Source of the DNA: Chrysomallon squamiferum
Lineage: Eukaryota; Animalia; Mollusca
Reading direction: 5' to 3'
Length of the DNA stretch: 64,000 nt
Assembly: GCA_012295275.1 (NCBI GenBank)
Contig: CM022668.1
Location: 11,532,001 to 11,596,000 of the forward strand
The translations under genes and the position numbers were made by a program. Positions 1-12,542 of the stretch are shown here, piece by piece. The notes beneath the pieces are model-generated. The model worked only from the letters and a program-made list of their open reading frames with translations, searched no databases and was not told the origin of the DNA. Position 1 is the first letter of the stretch. Each line of letters begins with the position of its first letter.

Positions 1-334
1 ATAGACATGCACACAATCAGACAGACAGACACATAGACACACATTTGCATATATTTCAACACAAATGTTAATTATTATTAGTATCATCACCACATATGCA
101 TATATTTATACACAAACATTAATCATTATTACTAATACTAGCATCATCATTGTCATCATCACCACATATGTATATATTTAGACACAAACATTAATCATTA
201 TTACTAATACTATCATCATCATTGTCATCACCATCACATGCATATATTTAGACACAAACATTAATTATTATTACTGTCACCACCATTTTCATCATCTTCA
301 TCATCAACACTTTTTGGGGTGTTTTTTTCTGTAG

Positions 335-478
335 AATGTAATGGATCATTTGGACCAGAATGCAGTTTCGTGTGTGACAAGAGACATTGTCTTGATACTG
401 ATTCACCCTGTCACCCAATCACTGGAGCCTGCATCCATGGATGTAAACCAGGATGGTTGGGAGAAGCATGCAATATTG
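335..478 (+). CDS. Gene A EGF-like exon (144 nt, phase 1-1)
   Basis: ttctgtag acceptor, G|gtaaat donor; Cys spacing of laminin-type/MEGF EGF repeats. Confidence 0.9.
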
Positions 479-684
479 GTAAATTGGTCCAAAAACAATT
501 CAAAAAATGTTTATTATTGTTATTACTCATTATTCCTGCACAGTTAGTGTTAAATGTTTCATAATATCATCATCATCTTTACTATTATATTATAAGTGCT
601 AATATTTATTATCAGTACTAATAGTAGTAGTAGTTTTATACTTATTATTGCTAATTTATTCTATCATTGTTACTTTTATTACAG

Positions 685-744
<60 letters not shown>

Positions 745-876
745 TGCTACTATTATTATTATCATTTTTATTATCACCTACTATTATTATTATTATTTTT
801 TTATTATTACTACTACCTATTATTATTATTAATATTATTATTCATCATTACTACTACTTTATTCTATCATTGTTAC

Positions 877-907
<31 letters not shown>

Positions 908-1100
908 TTCTTAATTATTATCATAGCTATTATTACCATCACTACTATTATTTCTTTCTTTTCTTCTTCTCACTATTATTATTATTATTATTATTATTTC
1001 ATTTTTTTTAATTTTTAGACACACATATTTCCACATCTCTGTATTTCTTTCTCTTCTTTCTCACTTTATTATTTCATCTCCTCTTTTAGACACACATATT

Positions 1101-1175
<75 letters not shown>

Positions 1176-2651
1176 TCTCTCTCCCTCCCTCCATCTCTCT
1201 TTTACCTTCACACACACACAATCAAAAACTAACAAAACGTAATTTTTTTTTACGACATCTGCTCTCTTCCCCTGCAGAGTGTGGACCGGAGTTTTACGGA
1301 GCTGGGTGCAATCAGCTGTGTTTGGACCGGCACTGCCTGGGCGACCAGACATGTCACGCAGAGACCGGCTACTGCAACGAGGGCTGCATGATCGGCTGGC
1401 TCGGAACAGACTGCGTCATACCGAGGTACAGGAGGTGGACGCTCAAGTCCAGGGCTGCATGATCTGTTTTGTACAACCACTACAACCAACAGACTTCTTC
1501 ATACGTAACACTGCTAGGTGTTAGGAGGTGGACCACTCAAGTCCAGCAATCACGTTAGTGTCGCTTTACTGTTTTGTGTTACCACTACAACCCACTGCTA
1601 TAGTGTGTTACCACTGCTATAACCACAGCAGGCTTCTTCAGCTTCAGATGCAGGGACTAGTGTGTTACCACTGCTAGTGTGTTACCACTGCTATAGTGAA
1701 ATACCAGTACTACTAGTGTATTGTTTTGCTGTTAGTTTCTAATGCTGATGCTGCTACGACTAAAACTTTGCTAGAAGTGAAATACTGTTAGTAATACACG
1801 CTATGACAGTTGGTAGTATACCACCACTAGCATATGACTGCTACTATTACTAGTACAAATAAACCACTGCTAACATTAGTAATACACTATGACAAAAGTT
1901 ACTAGTATACCACCACTAGTATATGATGCTACTACTACTACTACAACTAAAATTATACTACAAGTAAACCATTGCTAACATTAGTAATACACTATGACAA
2001 AAGTTACTAGTATACTATTGTTACTATTATTATTCTTAATTCTACAACTAAAACTCTACTAGAAGTAAGCTACCACTACCATTAGCAATACACTATGACA
2101 AAAGTTACTAATATAACACCACTAGTATACTACTGCTACTATTACTATTCTTAATTCTACAACTAAAAGTAAACTACTATTAGTATGACAAGATTTACTA
2201 GTATACCACTAATTATACCACTGCTACTAATACTACTACCACTACAACTACTACTATTACTACTACCACTGCCATTACTACTACTACAATCACCACTATT
2301 GCTACTACTATTATTATTGCCACTGTCACTATTACAAACATTACTAGTTACAATAACTACTTACTTCTGCTACTACTTCTATTACTACTGTCAACCACAA
2401 CAAAAAATCTAGCCACTGTTAGTACTTCTACTACTACTACTACAACTGTGACAACTACAACACTACTACAAGAAACAATATTAGTTTCTATCATCATCTT
2501 CACAACAGAAAGTACTTTTACTTCAACTGTTACATTACTATAAGAATTTAGTTTACTACCACTGTGCCCAATGCTACTATTATTATTATCATTACTGTTA
2601 TTGTTATTGTTCTTATATTATTATATTAATTATTTACAATTATTATTGTTA

Positions 2652-2692
<41 letters not shown>

Positions 2693-4523
2693 GTTAGTGT
2701 TATTGTTATTATTATTTTTTATTATTATTGTTGTTGTTATTATTGTTTTTATTACTGTTATTCTTCTTATTATTATTAATTTTATTATTATTATTATTAT
2801 TATTATTATCCTTACTATTGTTATTGTTATTGTTATTACTATTGTTACTATTGTTATTACTGTTGTTATTATTATTATTATTATTTTATCATTTACCATG
2901 CTCAAAGCTGTAGTTCTTAGTTTGTTGTATACATTTTGCTAAATGGTTTGATGACCAATTTGACATTTAGTTGGTTGATTCTAAGCAAGTTATTTCATTG
3001 TTTAAATTTCAGTATTAGTGAGTTGAGTTTTACTATTCATTTATTTAAATTTTAATATTTTATTTTTTATATTTTATTTTTTGTATTTTATTTTTGATAT
3101 TTAAATTTTTTTTAATTTTTTTTTTTTTATATTTTATTTTTAATATTTTATTTTTATATTTCTTAACATTTCATTTTTAATATTTAAATTTTAGCATTTA
3201 ATTTTTTTATATTTTATTTTTAATATTTTATTTTTAATATAATATTTTTGATATGATATTCTTCACATTTCATTTTTAATATTTAAATTTTAATATTTTA
3301 TTTTTTTTATATTTTATTTTTAATATTTTATTTATAATATTTTATTTTTGATTTTATTCTTCAAATTTGTTTTTTAATATTTAAATTTTAATATTTTATT
3401 TTTTTTTTTTTTTATTTTTTGATATTTTATTTATAATATTTTATTTTTGATTGATATTCTTAACATTTTATTTTTTTATTGTTTAAATTTTAATATTTTA
3501 TTTTTTGATTTTTATTTATTTGTATTTTATTTTTGATATTTAAATTTTAATGTTTTATTTTTTATATTTTATTTTTTATATTTTATTTTTAATATTTTAT
3601 TTTTGATATATTCTTAACATTTCATTTTTAATATTTAAATTTTAGCATTTAATTTTTTTATATTTTATTTTTAATATTTTATTTTTAATATATTATTTTT
3701 GATATGATATTCTTCACATTTCATTTTTAATATTTAAATTTTAATATTTTATTTTTTTTATATTTTATTTTTAATATTTTATTTTTAATATTTTATTTTT
3801 GATATGATATTCTTCACATTTCATTTTTAATATTTAAATACAAATATTTTATTTTTTTTATATTTTATTTTTAATATTTTATTTTTAACATTTTATTTTT
3901 GATATGATATTCTTCACATTTCATTTTTAATATTTAAATACAAATATTTTATTTTTTTTATATTTTATTTTTAATATTTTATTTTTAATATTTTATTTTT
4001 GATATGATATTCTTAACATTTCATTTTTAATATTTAAATTTTAATATTTTATTTTTTTTATATTTTATTTTTTTAATATTTTTTTTATATTTTATTTTTT
4101 ATATTTTAGATACCAATGTTTCACTTATGCCACCTCTGGTTGGTACAGCTTCAGCTCTGCTTGGTCTGTTTGTTGTGTTAGCTTTCTTTGTGTAAGTATT
4201 TATTTATTTATTTTTGTTTGTTTTAATTATTTATTTATTTATTTTTGTTTACTTGCTTGTTTTATTTACTTACTTATTTATTTATTTTTGTATGTTTGTT
4301 TTATTTACTTACTTATTTTTATTTTTTTATTTATTTTTTATTATTTTATTTTTTTTTATTTATTGGTTTATGTATTTACTTATTTTTTATTTATATTTTT
4401 ATCTTCATTTTTTTTTATTATTATTATTATTCATTTATTTATGTACTTATTTATTTTTATTTTTTTTATTTTTTTTCCTCTACTTTTTTTCAGCTTCATT
4501 CATTAATTTTATTATTGATCTGT

Positions 4524-4586
<63 letters not shown>

Positions 4587-4836
4587 CTCAGTCTGCAATC
4601 TACATATATATGTATTTGTGTGTGTATATATATATATGTATATATATATACGTATATATCTCCGTGTGTGTATATGTATATATGTGTATATATATGTGTC
4701 TGTGTGTGTCTTTATAAATGTATGTATATATATATAGATATGTATGTGTGTGTGTGTGTGTGTATCTATATGTGTGTGTGTCTGTGTGCATGTATATATA
4801 TATGTAAATGTGTGTGTATATATATATGTGTAAAAA

Positions 4837-4882
<46 letters not shown>

Positions 4883-5149
4883 TACAAACGACGAAAGAGT
4901 GCTGCTACTTTAGCTGAACAACGTAAAAGAGAAGCCATGCAAAGGCAGATTCAAGTACAGAAGGAACATCGGCCACTGCAGAAAGAACATCGGCCACTAC
5001 AGCCAAGGCATTCGTCTCACTCTGAGGCAAACCGCAAACATTCTTCACACTCGCAGATGAGACGTCATTCGTCACATTCCCGAGGAAGTCACGGCTCCAT
5101 TTCGCATCATCGCCGAAGTTCTCACTCGTCCTACAAAAAAAGACCCTGA
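335..5149 (+). CDS. EGF-repeat (MEGF10/Draper/SREC-like) single-pass membrane protein, gene A; 5' end outside the window. Predicted exons 335-478, 1278-1425, 3013-3017 (microexon), 4110-4191 (TM), 4882-5149
   Basis: Two exons each encode an 8-Cys EGF-like module (ECNGSFGPECSFVCDKRHC...CKPGWLGEACNI; ECGPEFYGAGCNQLCLDRHC...CMIGWLGTDCVIP) with AG/GT boundaries. Hydrophobic exon NTNVSLMPPLVGTASALLGLFVVLAFFV is followed by basic YKRRK and a His/Ser-rich tail ending TGA at 5149. Phases are consistent when the 5-nt exon at 3013 is included. Confidence 0.8.
1278..1425 (+). CDS. Gene A second EGF-like exon
   Basis: cccctgcag acceptor, AG|gtacag donor; GC-rich; encodes ECGPEFYGAGCNQLCLDRHCLGDQTCHAETGYCNEGCMIGWLGTDCVIP. 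Confidence 0.88.
3040..4100. repeat. Extremely AT-rich tandem repeat (100-bp period in its distal part) in a gene A intron
   Basis: gatatgatattctt recurs at 3701, 3801, 3901 and 4001, with more degenerate copies upstream. Confidence 0.85.
4110..4191 (+). CDS. Gene A transmembrane exon
   Basis: ttttag acceptor, GT|gtaagt donor; ~22-residue hydrophobic stretch LVGTASALLGLFVVLAFFV. Confidence 0.8.
4882..5149 (+). CDS. Gene A terminal exon, His/Ser/Arg-rich cytoplasmic tail
   Basis: cag acceptor after (AT)n, in phase with the TM exon; YKRRKSAATLAEQRKREAM...HSSHS repeats...YKKRP*. Confidence 0.75.
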
Positions 5150-5748
5150 AATTAAGATTTTTGTGTCCCATTTTCCCCACTAACATTGTGAAAACCAAGC
5201 CACAGTATGCAAAAGAAGAAAAAAAAAACTACAGAAATTCATGCAAAAGGAATGCACACCAACCAAGCTTGAATTTTTTTTGTTTTTTTTTATTCTTTCT
5301 TAAATAGACACTGTCGTCATTTCATGTAATTTTTTTTTATTTAGGTGAAATATTGTGTATGTTGTAAATAAGAAATTATATTAATTTTGTTTTTAATTTC
5401 TTTGTCTTTCTTATTTTTTTCTTTTATCACAATAAAATTAATAAGATATTTTCGAGTACTGAGACAATTTGGGGATAATCAGTTTCCAGTTTCAACTAAT
5501 CCTTTGAACTCCAAGCTCTCACAAAATTTGCTACATCCAATTTTGATTCCATACGAGCTGCTTGGCTGAATATTTAATGTGTTTAGGGTTATTAAATAAA
5601 AAAACAAATAATGCAGAAGCTAAGGGTGTAAATTATTTTGTGGTTTTTTTTGTTTTGGTTAAATATTTAACTGCTCAGATTCAAACAGTTAATTCAGAGT
5701 AATTCTTAACTGTACTGACAAAAGTAATAATAATAATAATAGTACTAT

Positions 5749-5782
<34 letters not shown>

Positions 5783-6824
5783 GCAATACAACCACTACTA
5801 TTTCTGCTGCTAATAACAACAACACAAATAACAGGACTTCAAAATTACAATGATACTACAAACAAAATAATAAAAAAAAGGATTTGAATCCTTTTTCCAA
5901 GATGCTTGGGTTTGGCAGGGTTAAGGATTTTGGAATTTTTTCGAGTCTGGAATATATGAAGAGGTAAGTCTGAACATGAATTCCATTTATATTTTATATA
6001 CAGCTAATGCAAACAGTATGCATGATTTTTTATATAATACTTTTAATACTTTTATGTATAAAATAAAGTTTGCGTATGCAAAACAATCCGAAAATTGTGA
6101 TATAATCATTATTTCTGATAACGTTAAGAAAAGGTTTCCAATTTTGAAATTTTCCATAAAGGATCATCAAACTGTAATAGTAGTTGTATTAATAGTAGTT
6201 ACTGTTGTAGTAATAATAGTAGTATAGACAAGTACTTGACACTTTTTGACTTGCATTCATCAATACTTACAAAGCAATTCCTCAACTCATTGTTTTAATT
6301 AAACACTTAAAACTATCTTATATTTTTATGACTCCCCAGTACTCTGAACAGAGTGCACTGTGATATGTATATGTTTCAACTTAACAGTGTATTTCATAGA
6401 ACAAATCACCTTTATTACATGGCTTTTCTGTATTAAAAAGTAGCAGAAACAGCTGTAGCAGTTGTGGTAGGTATTCTTGTTGTTGCAGAACCAGTGCTCG
6501 TCATAGTAAGATGAAAATGAAAACCAGTTCGTTAAGCTATGAAATCAAAAAACTGTTTTGTATAATTTGGCAGATTACTGTCAGCAGTTTATTTTCAAAC
6601 TGGATCTGACCATCATCCATTAATCAGCTAGAGAATCCATTCATCCATGTATACATACATATATGTGGTGTGTGTGTTGTTTGTGTGCTGTATGTGTTCA
6701 TGTAGTGTGCATTTTTGTTTGGTGTGTGTGTTTTGTGTGTATTTGGCCATGTGTATGGTGTTTGTTGTGTGCTAGTGTGTGTATGCATGGTGTGTGTGTG
6801 TGTGTGTGTGTATGTTAGCTTCTG

Positions 6825-6875
<51 letters not shown>

Positions 6876-7925
6876 TTTGCAGCTCATGAACTTATTTCAT
6901 TGATACATATGTATCAGTAACAGACAATATAAGTGTGTCTGAGTGTAGGTATAGATAAAATATATACCAAGAGCAGTGTTACTGAAAGATGTCCATTTTT
7001 TACATTTACCTGAATGACAGCATTGAATGCTATTAAAAAATCTAAATTCTATGTGTCTTTGTATGAATGTCTGTATATAACAGGTCTAATGTGTTTGTGT
7101 GTCTGTCTGTCTCTGTACACACATACATAGAGAACTATATTTATTATCACACATACATGAAGAGCATGTGAAAAAAAGATTGTGAAAAACAACCAGCTAA
7201 ATCAATGAACAGTTTTTTGAAAAAAAAAAAAAAAAAAATGATTTTCATTATATGCAATTTATTTTTCCATAATAGTAATAATAATAATAATAATAACAAC
7301 AACAACAACAACAACAACAACATGCATTATTGTATTATCATTTTAATCATGTAAGTAGCATGGTAAAATATATACATATTAATTTATTGGACAATTTGTA
7401 GTTAAATCAAGTAATTGAAACGTAACTGGAAAAACAATAAAATAATTATGTAAATCTACATCATAAATCTCTGCCATTTATACACTTCCAGTTAATGAAA
7501 TAGGGAATGCATTAAAAAATCTAATGTTACAACAGAAAATGCTAAAGGAAATATGTTACATGTATAAGGAATATTTTACATTAATAGGAAAATATGTTAC
7601 AGTCATAAGGAATGTGTTACATTAATAGAAACTTGTATAAGAACAGAGAACATACTGCAATACTAGAGAATGTTACAATAATGGATAATTTGTTACAACA
7701 GCATTTAGAATAGTTTACTTATTAGGAATGACCAATGTGTAACAGAAATTAAAAATAAATATATGTAGGCAGAGTGTTACCTCTCAAACAGAATGTGTTA
7801 CATAATACAATGTATGTTACAGTAACACGGAATTCACAGTAAGAAATGTGTTACAGGCAGGCAATGTATCACCCTGCTGAAGAATGTATTACCATAAACA
7901 TACATCAACTATTAATATCTTTTTA

Positions 7926-8126
7926 TTTGTAATTACAAATGTTTGGCTTTTTTTTTTTTACAAAAGTGTTACTGGTAATTACAAATGCTGGTTTTTGTAA
8001 TTACAAATGTTTGGTGTTTTTTTACAAAAGTGTTGCTGGTAATTACAAATGCTGGTTTTTGTAATTACAAATGTTTGGTGTTTTTTACAAAAGTGTTGCT
8101 GGTAATTACAAATGCTGGTTTTTGTA
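7926..8126. repeat. ~63-bp tandem repeat, three copies, in the putative 3' UTR of gene B
   Basis: ttgtaattacaaatgtttgg...tttacaaaagtgttgctggtaattacaaatgctggtt repeated. Confidence 0.85.
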
Positions 8127-8249
8127 AGCGTTGCTTGTATGTGTGTGTGTGTGTGTGTGTGTTTATGAACACATACACACATTTATTTTTTTGATATGAA
8201 GCTTTTGTCCAGGCTTTCAGATGAACATCACCTATATTCTACATTTACT

Positions 8250-8528
8250 TTATGCAATTGATTCTGCTTCTTTGTGTTTTTTCGGTTTTTCGTGAGCTTT
8301 TGACAATCGTCGATGAGCAGCTGATGCTGGCTCTTTCTCCTGTTTTGCTGTTTGTGACTTGCTATCATTATTCATCTGTATTTTGTTTCTGCTGTTAAGT
8401 TAGCATTTATTTAATATCATTTGATTGATACTCAAAGGTTAAAAGAAATCTGAATAATTTTGACATAGATGATCTCTCTCTCTCTTTCTCTCTCTGTGTC
8501 TTTGTCCTCTTTTCTCTCTCTTTCTCTG

Positions 8529-8621
<93 letters not shown>

Positions 8622-9348
8622 CCCCTCTCTCTCTCCTGACCATGATGAACCACACATTTTTATTTGTAATATTTAGCCATTCAGTGTCTAGTAATACAAT
8701 TATTTATGAGGTTGCAAATAGAAAACACTTACATGTATAAAGCTGCCCCAATTACAGTTGCAATCAGCATGATGACACTGATACAAATGAGGGCAATGTG
8801 AAAATCTAAAAGACAAAAAACAAAAAAAACAAAAACACATTTTCTATTTTTGTACAACATGATCATTTTGATTAAGGATCTTAAAAATACTTAGAATCAA
8901 AACAAGGTAAGAACATAATGATAATTATATAAAACACCTGTTGGATACATTATAAGAGAAACATGATAGATGTCTGGCTTAATAAAATTACTTTTTTTTT
9001 TTTTTTTTTTCTTCAGACACATTCCAAATATAAAATTGAAAAAAAATTGAGGAAAGGGAAAAAATGAATAAATTGTGTGCCATCTTTGATTTTTGGTGCA
9101 ATAAATCAGAGAAAGGTTAATGATAAAATTATAACTAATGTTAAAAAAATATATAATAAAATTCAGGGATTTTTAGAGGGCCATTCTGAAATAGAATAAC
9201 AGAAAAAAATTAGCACAGTTTGGAATGTGAAAAACGAAGCAGAGAGTAAGTGAGAACAAAAATAAATAATTACCTGATAAAGTACCTAAAAATAAAATAA
9301 ATAATGTATCACATGCACCATCATATACAAATACAAACAAGCAAACAC

Positions 9349-9434
<86 letters not shown>

Positions 9435-9805
9435 TAATAATAATAATAATAATAGCAATAATAATGATGATGGTGATAAAAGGATAACATTAGTAGTAGT
9501 AGGATTAGAAGATAAAAAATAATGAATGCGGTAAAAATTTACCTGTCAGAGAATCTAAAAATAAAATAAAAATAAATTTAAATAAAACATTATTACTTGC
9601 ACAGACTAGCTGACACATAAAAATTAAAATAATTATTATTATAATTACTGTAGAACAAAACAAATATCTGTTGTTATATTTATTAGTATTATTATTATTT
9701 TTATTACTCATATTTCTATTATTGTTTCTGTTATTATAATTACCATTATTATTATTACTAATATTTCTATTACTATTTCTGTTACTATAATTATCATTAT
9801 TATCA

Positions 9806-9856
<51 letters not shown>

Positions 9857-11426
9857 TCTAATATCATCAATTTTATTATTATAACAACAATAATTTCAAG
9901 AAAAGGAAGAAAATAAATGACTTCAAAGAAGACGATACAAAGAAAAATACAGTTGTGAATATAATAATAAAACCAAACTAACTGGACTGTATCATTGTTA
10001 TGTTGCGATGTCCAAGTGTGTCTATTCCTATTTTGATGTTTGGCTCATTGCTAGACTTGTGGACGCAGTCAACACCCTCCCACCCTTCAATGCACCCATC
10101 AAGGCACGTTCCATATTCAGTTTCGCATGATTCGTCGTTGACACATTTTCTTTTTGAACAGCTTTTCGAACACTGTTCACCATAGAGACCAGCATCGCAG
10201 GCTGAAATTTTAAATTTACTTGTTTGTTACATGATTTCATTTTCTCCTCTTTTTTTTTCGCCAGCTTACATTTTCGACATCTGTTATATTTTTGTTTTTA
10301 TTCATTTATTTATTTTTTTTTTTAATCATTTGTCCACATTTGTTAAGTATTTACATTTCTCCATTTTTTGTTTACATTTTTACATTTCCCACAATCATCA
10401 CAGGCTTATATTTTCATATTTGTAAGATGATTACATTTACATTTTCCAGTTTGTTACCAGTTTACATTTTCCAGTTTGTTACAAGTTTACATTTTCCACA
10501 ATTGCTACATTTTTATTTTCCACATTTGTTTCATTTTATATTTTACAGATTTGGTAGATATTTAACCTGTGACCATTTGTTACATGGGTACATTTTCCTC
10601 ATTTGTTACATACTCATATTTTCCACATTTGCTTCATTTCAATTCATCATGCACATTCTCTCTGTCTGTTCATGAATGAGGTTATAAGCATGCACACAGT
10701 TCCATCAGACACATACATACACACACAGACAATCAGACACTTGGACAATTACACATGCTCATACATACAAATATACAGGGGTTAACAAAAGTAGGTATAC
10801 AGTAGTATCACAGCAAATTTAGCAGCACATTAAATTAGTTGGACTCATTTTTCTTATTTTGAGTGTCATTCACCATATTTTATTTAAATTAATAAAAATG
10901 CATGTATTTTTATATTAGCTTTTTTGTTTTGAATAATAAATGTTTTCTTTTTTTCATAACTCTATATCTACTTTTGCACCCCCTATATATATATATATAA
11001 AATATTATAATAAACACATGTACTGTTACACTCACCTTCAATACAGGCCACTCCCTGAAACCCTGGCAGACATTTGCCTTGACATGATCCTATTTTATCA
11101 TCACAAGGAGCAGTAGGATTAATGCAATGTCTCTCACTGCAGTTATACCTGCAATTTGGTCCAAAAAAACCAAGACATCCTAGGAAAAAAAAAAAAAAAT
11201 GTATGTACAGGAACATTCATTAAAATATTCATCCGTTAAAAGATATACAACATCTTCAGTAACATTCATGAAATATTAATAATGTACAAGAGATACACTA
11301 TCTTCAGTAGTGTTTATAAAAAAAAAAATGTGTATGCACAAAAAAAAAGAAAATATATCTAGTGAAGACAAGTACTCATATATATCATAAAATATTCATG
11401 TTTTGGTGTATAAATAATCATCACTA

Positions 11427-11458
<32 letters not shown>

Positions 11459-11853
11459 CTTGGTTTTATATAAAACTAGGATTTCTAACAGTCCCTACGG
11501 ATGCTCGCTACCATTTTTTTTTTTTTTTCAGAAATGGTTTATTCCCAACCTCAAAACGTTTCGGTAATTTACTGTATATTTAAAAGCAGAATGAGATTAA
11601 ATATCTGATTATTTTGTTACATGAATTTCTTATAAACACGTAACTGAAATTCCGAAAATAAAGCGAAACAGAGAAACTGGTAAAAATCAGAAGTGGATGT
11701 TAAAATAATATCGTAAAAAAAAAAAGAAAATGGTTGATTACGCTGAATATATAATTTAAATGGAACAGTCAGGCCTATCTTCTTTCGCATTCTGCCATTG
11801 TTTGACAAATAATCCTCGTATTTATTGTTTATTAACCCTTAATTAATTAATTA

Positions 11854-11898
<45 letters not shown>

Positions 11899-12477
11899 CT
11901 CTCAGGAACGACAACTCTGTATAGTTGTCTGCACAAGGAAGCATCGAAATAATAGGAAAAATTTAACAATTCACGAACGATAATTCTTACTCGTGAATCA
12001 TTTCACATTTCATGTTTCAGTTAAAACAGGCCAAAAGCATTGTATTTAGTTCGCTTAAATCTACCTCTATTATGGTCATTATAAAGAGAATACGTTATTG
12101 AATAAAGATGTTTCTCGTGAAATAAGTTTTTTGTGACTTTTTAAAAATACTGTAAAATTCCTACATTCGTGGTGTGGATTTTTTGACGACTTTGAAATAT
12201 AATATCTTTGTCAATTTATCAATAAATATCTTCGAATTTGTTTGTGTTTATTTTCATCTAAGACTGAATGTTTTTCGATTGGTATAAAACACATTTTTGT
12301 TTGCCAATAATGAAAAAAAAAAAGTATGACTAGTAAAATAAAATAAAAACAGTCAACAAATAGACATCGATGAAGAAAAATCGTAACAAGAACTTCAAAA
12401 TATAGCTTACTTGAGTCGACTGAACAGTAATTAAAGCAAACAGTCATTAAGAACACGGTCATAAATATCCACAACAT
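8250..12477 (-). CDS. EGF-repeat single-pass membrane protein, gene B (paralog of gene A, ~222 aa). Predicted exons 12477-12411, 11179-11036, 10201-9983, 9554-9543, 9285-9274, 8805-8733, 8391-8250
   Basis: Signal-peptide-like MLWIFMTVFLMTVCFNYCSVDS ending A|gtaagc; two EGF exons (CLGFFGPNCRYNCSERHC...CLPGFQGVACIE; ACDAGLYGEQCSKSCSKRKC...CIEGWEGVDC); TM exon DFHIALICISVIMLIATVIGAALYI; tail RNKIQ...EAESIA*. All junctions are GT-AG and in phase (669 nt total). Confidence 0.8.
8733..8805 (-). CDS. Gene B transmembrane exon
   Basis: tgtcttttag acceptor, AT|gtaagt donor; phase 1 to 2, as in the gene A TM exon. Confidence 0.8.
9983..10201 (-). CDS. Gene B second EGF-like exon plus stalk
   Basis: tttcag acceptor, A|gttagt donor; ACDAGLYGEQC...GWEGVDCVHKSSNEPNIKIGIDTLGHRNITMIQS. 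Confidence 0.85.
11036..11179 (-). CDS. Gene B EGF-like exon (144 nt, phase 1-1)
   Basis: Poly-T/cctag acceptor and G|gtgag donor on the minus strand; same length and phase as gene A exon 335-478. Confidence 0.9.
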
Positions 12478-12534
12478 GACATATTAATAATGTGTACCTT
12501 TACTACCATTGCTTTGAACGCTCAGCAGTTTCAC

Positions 12535-12542
12535 TGACGTCA
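12535..12542. promoter_or_regulatory. Full CRE palindrome TGACGTCA ~60 bp upstream of the gene B ATG
   Basis: Exact motif; position suggests a proximal promoter element (inference). Confidence 0.35.

Noticed and set aside
1700-2570. Thr-rich (ACT/ACC) region as a mucin-like stalk exon of gene A
   Set aside because: Frequent stops and no convincing splice sites; the 5-nt microexon explains the phase more simply.
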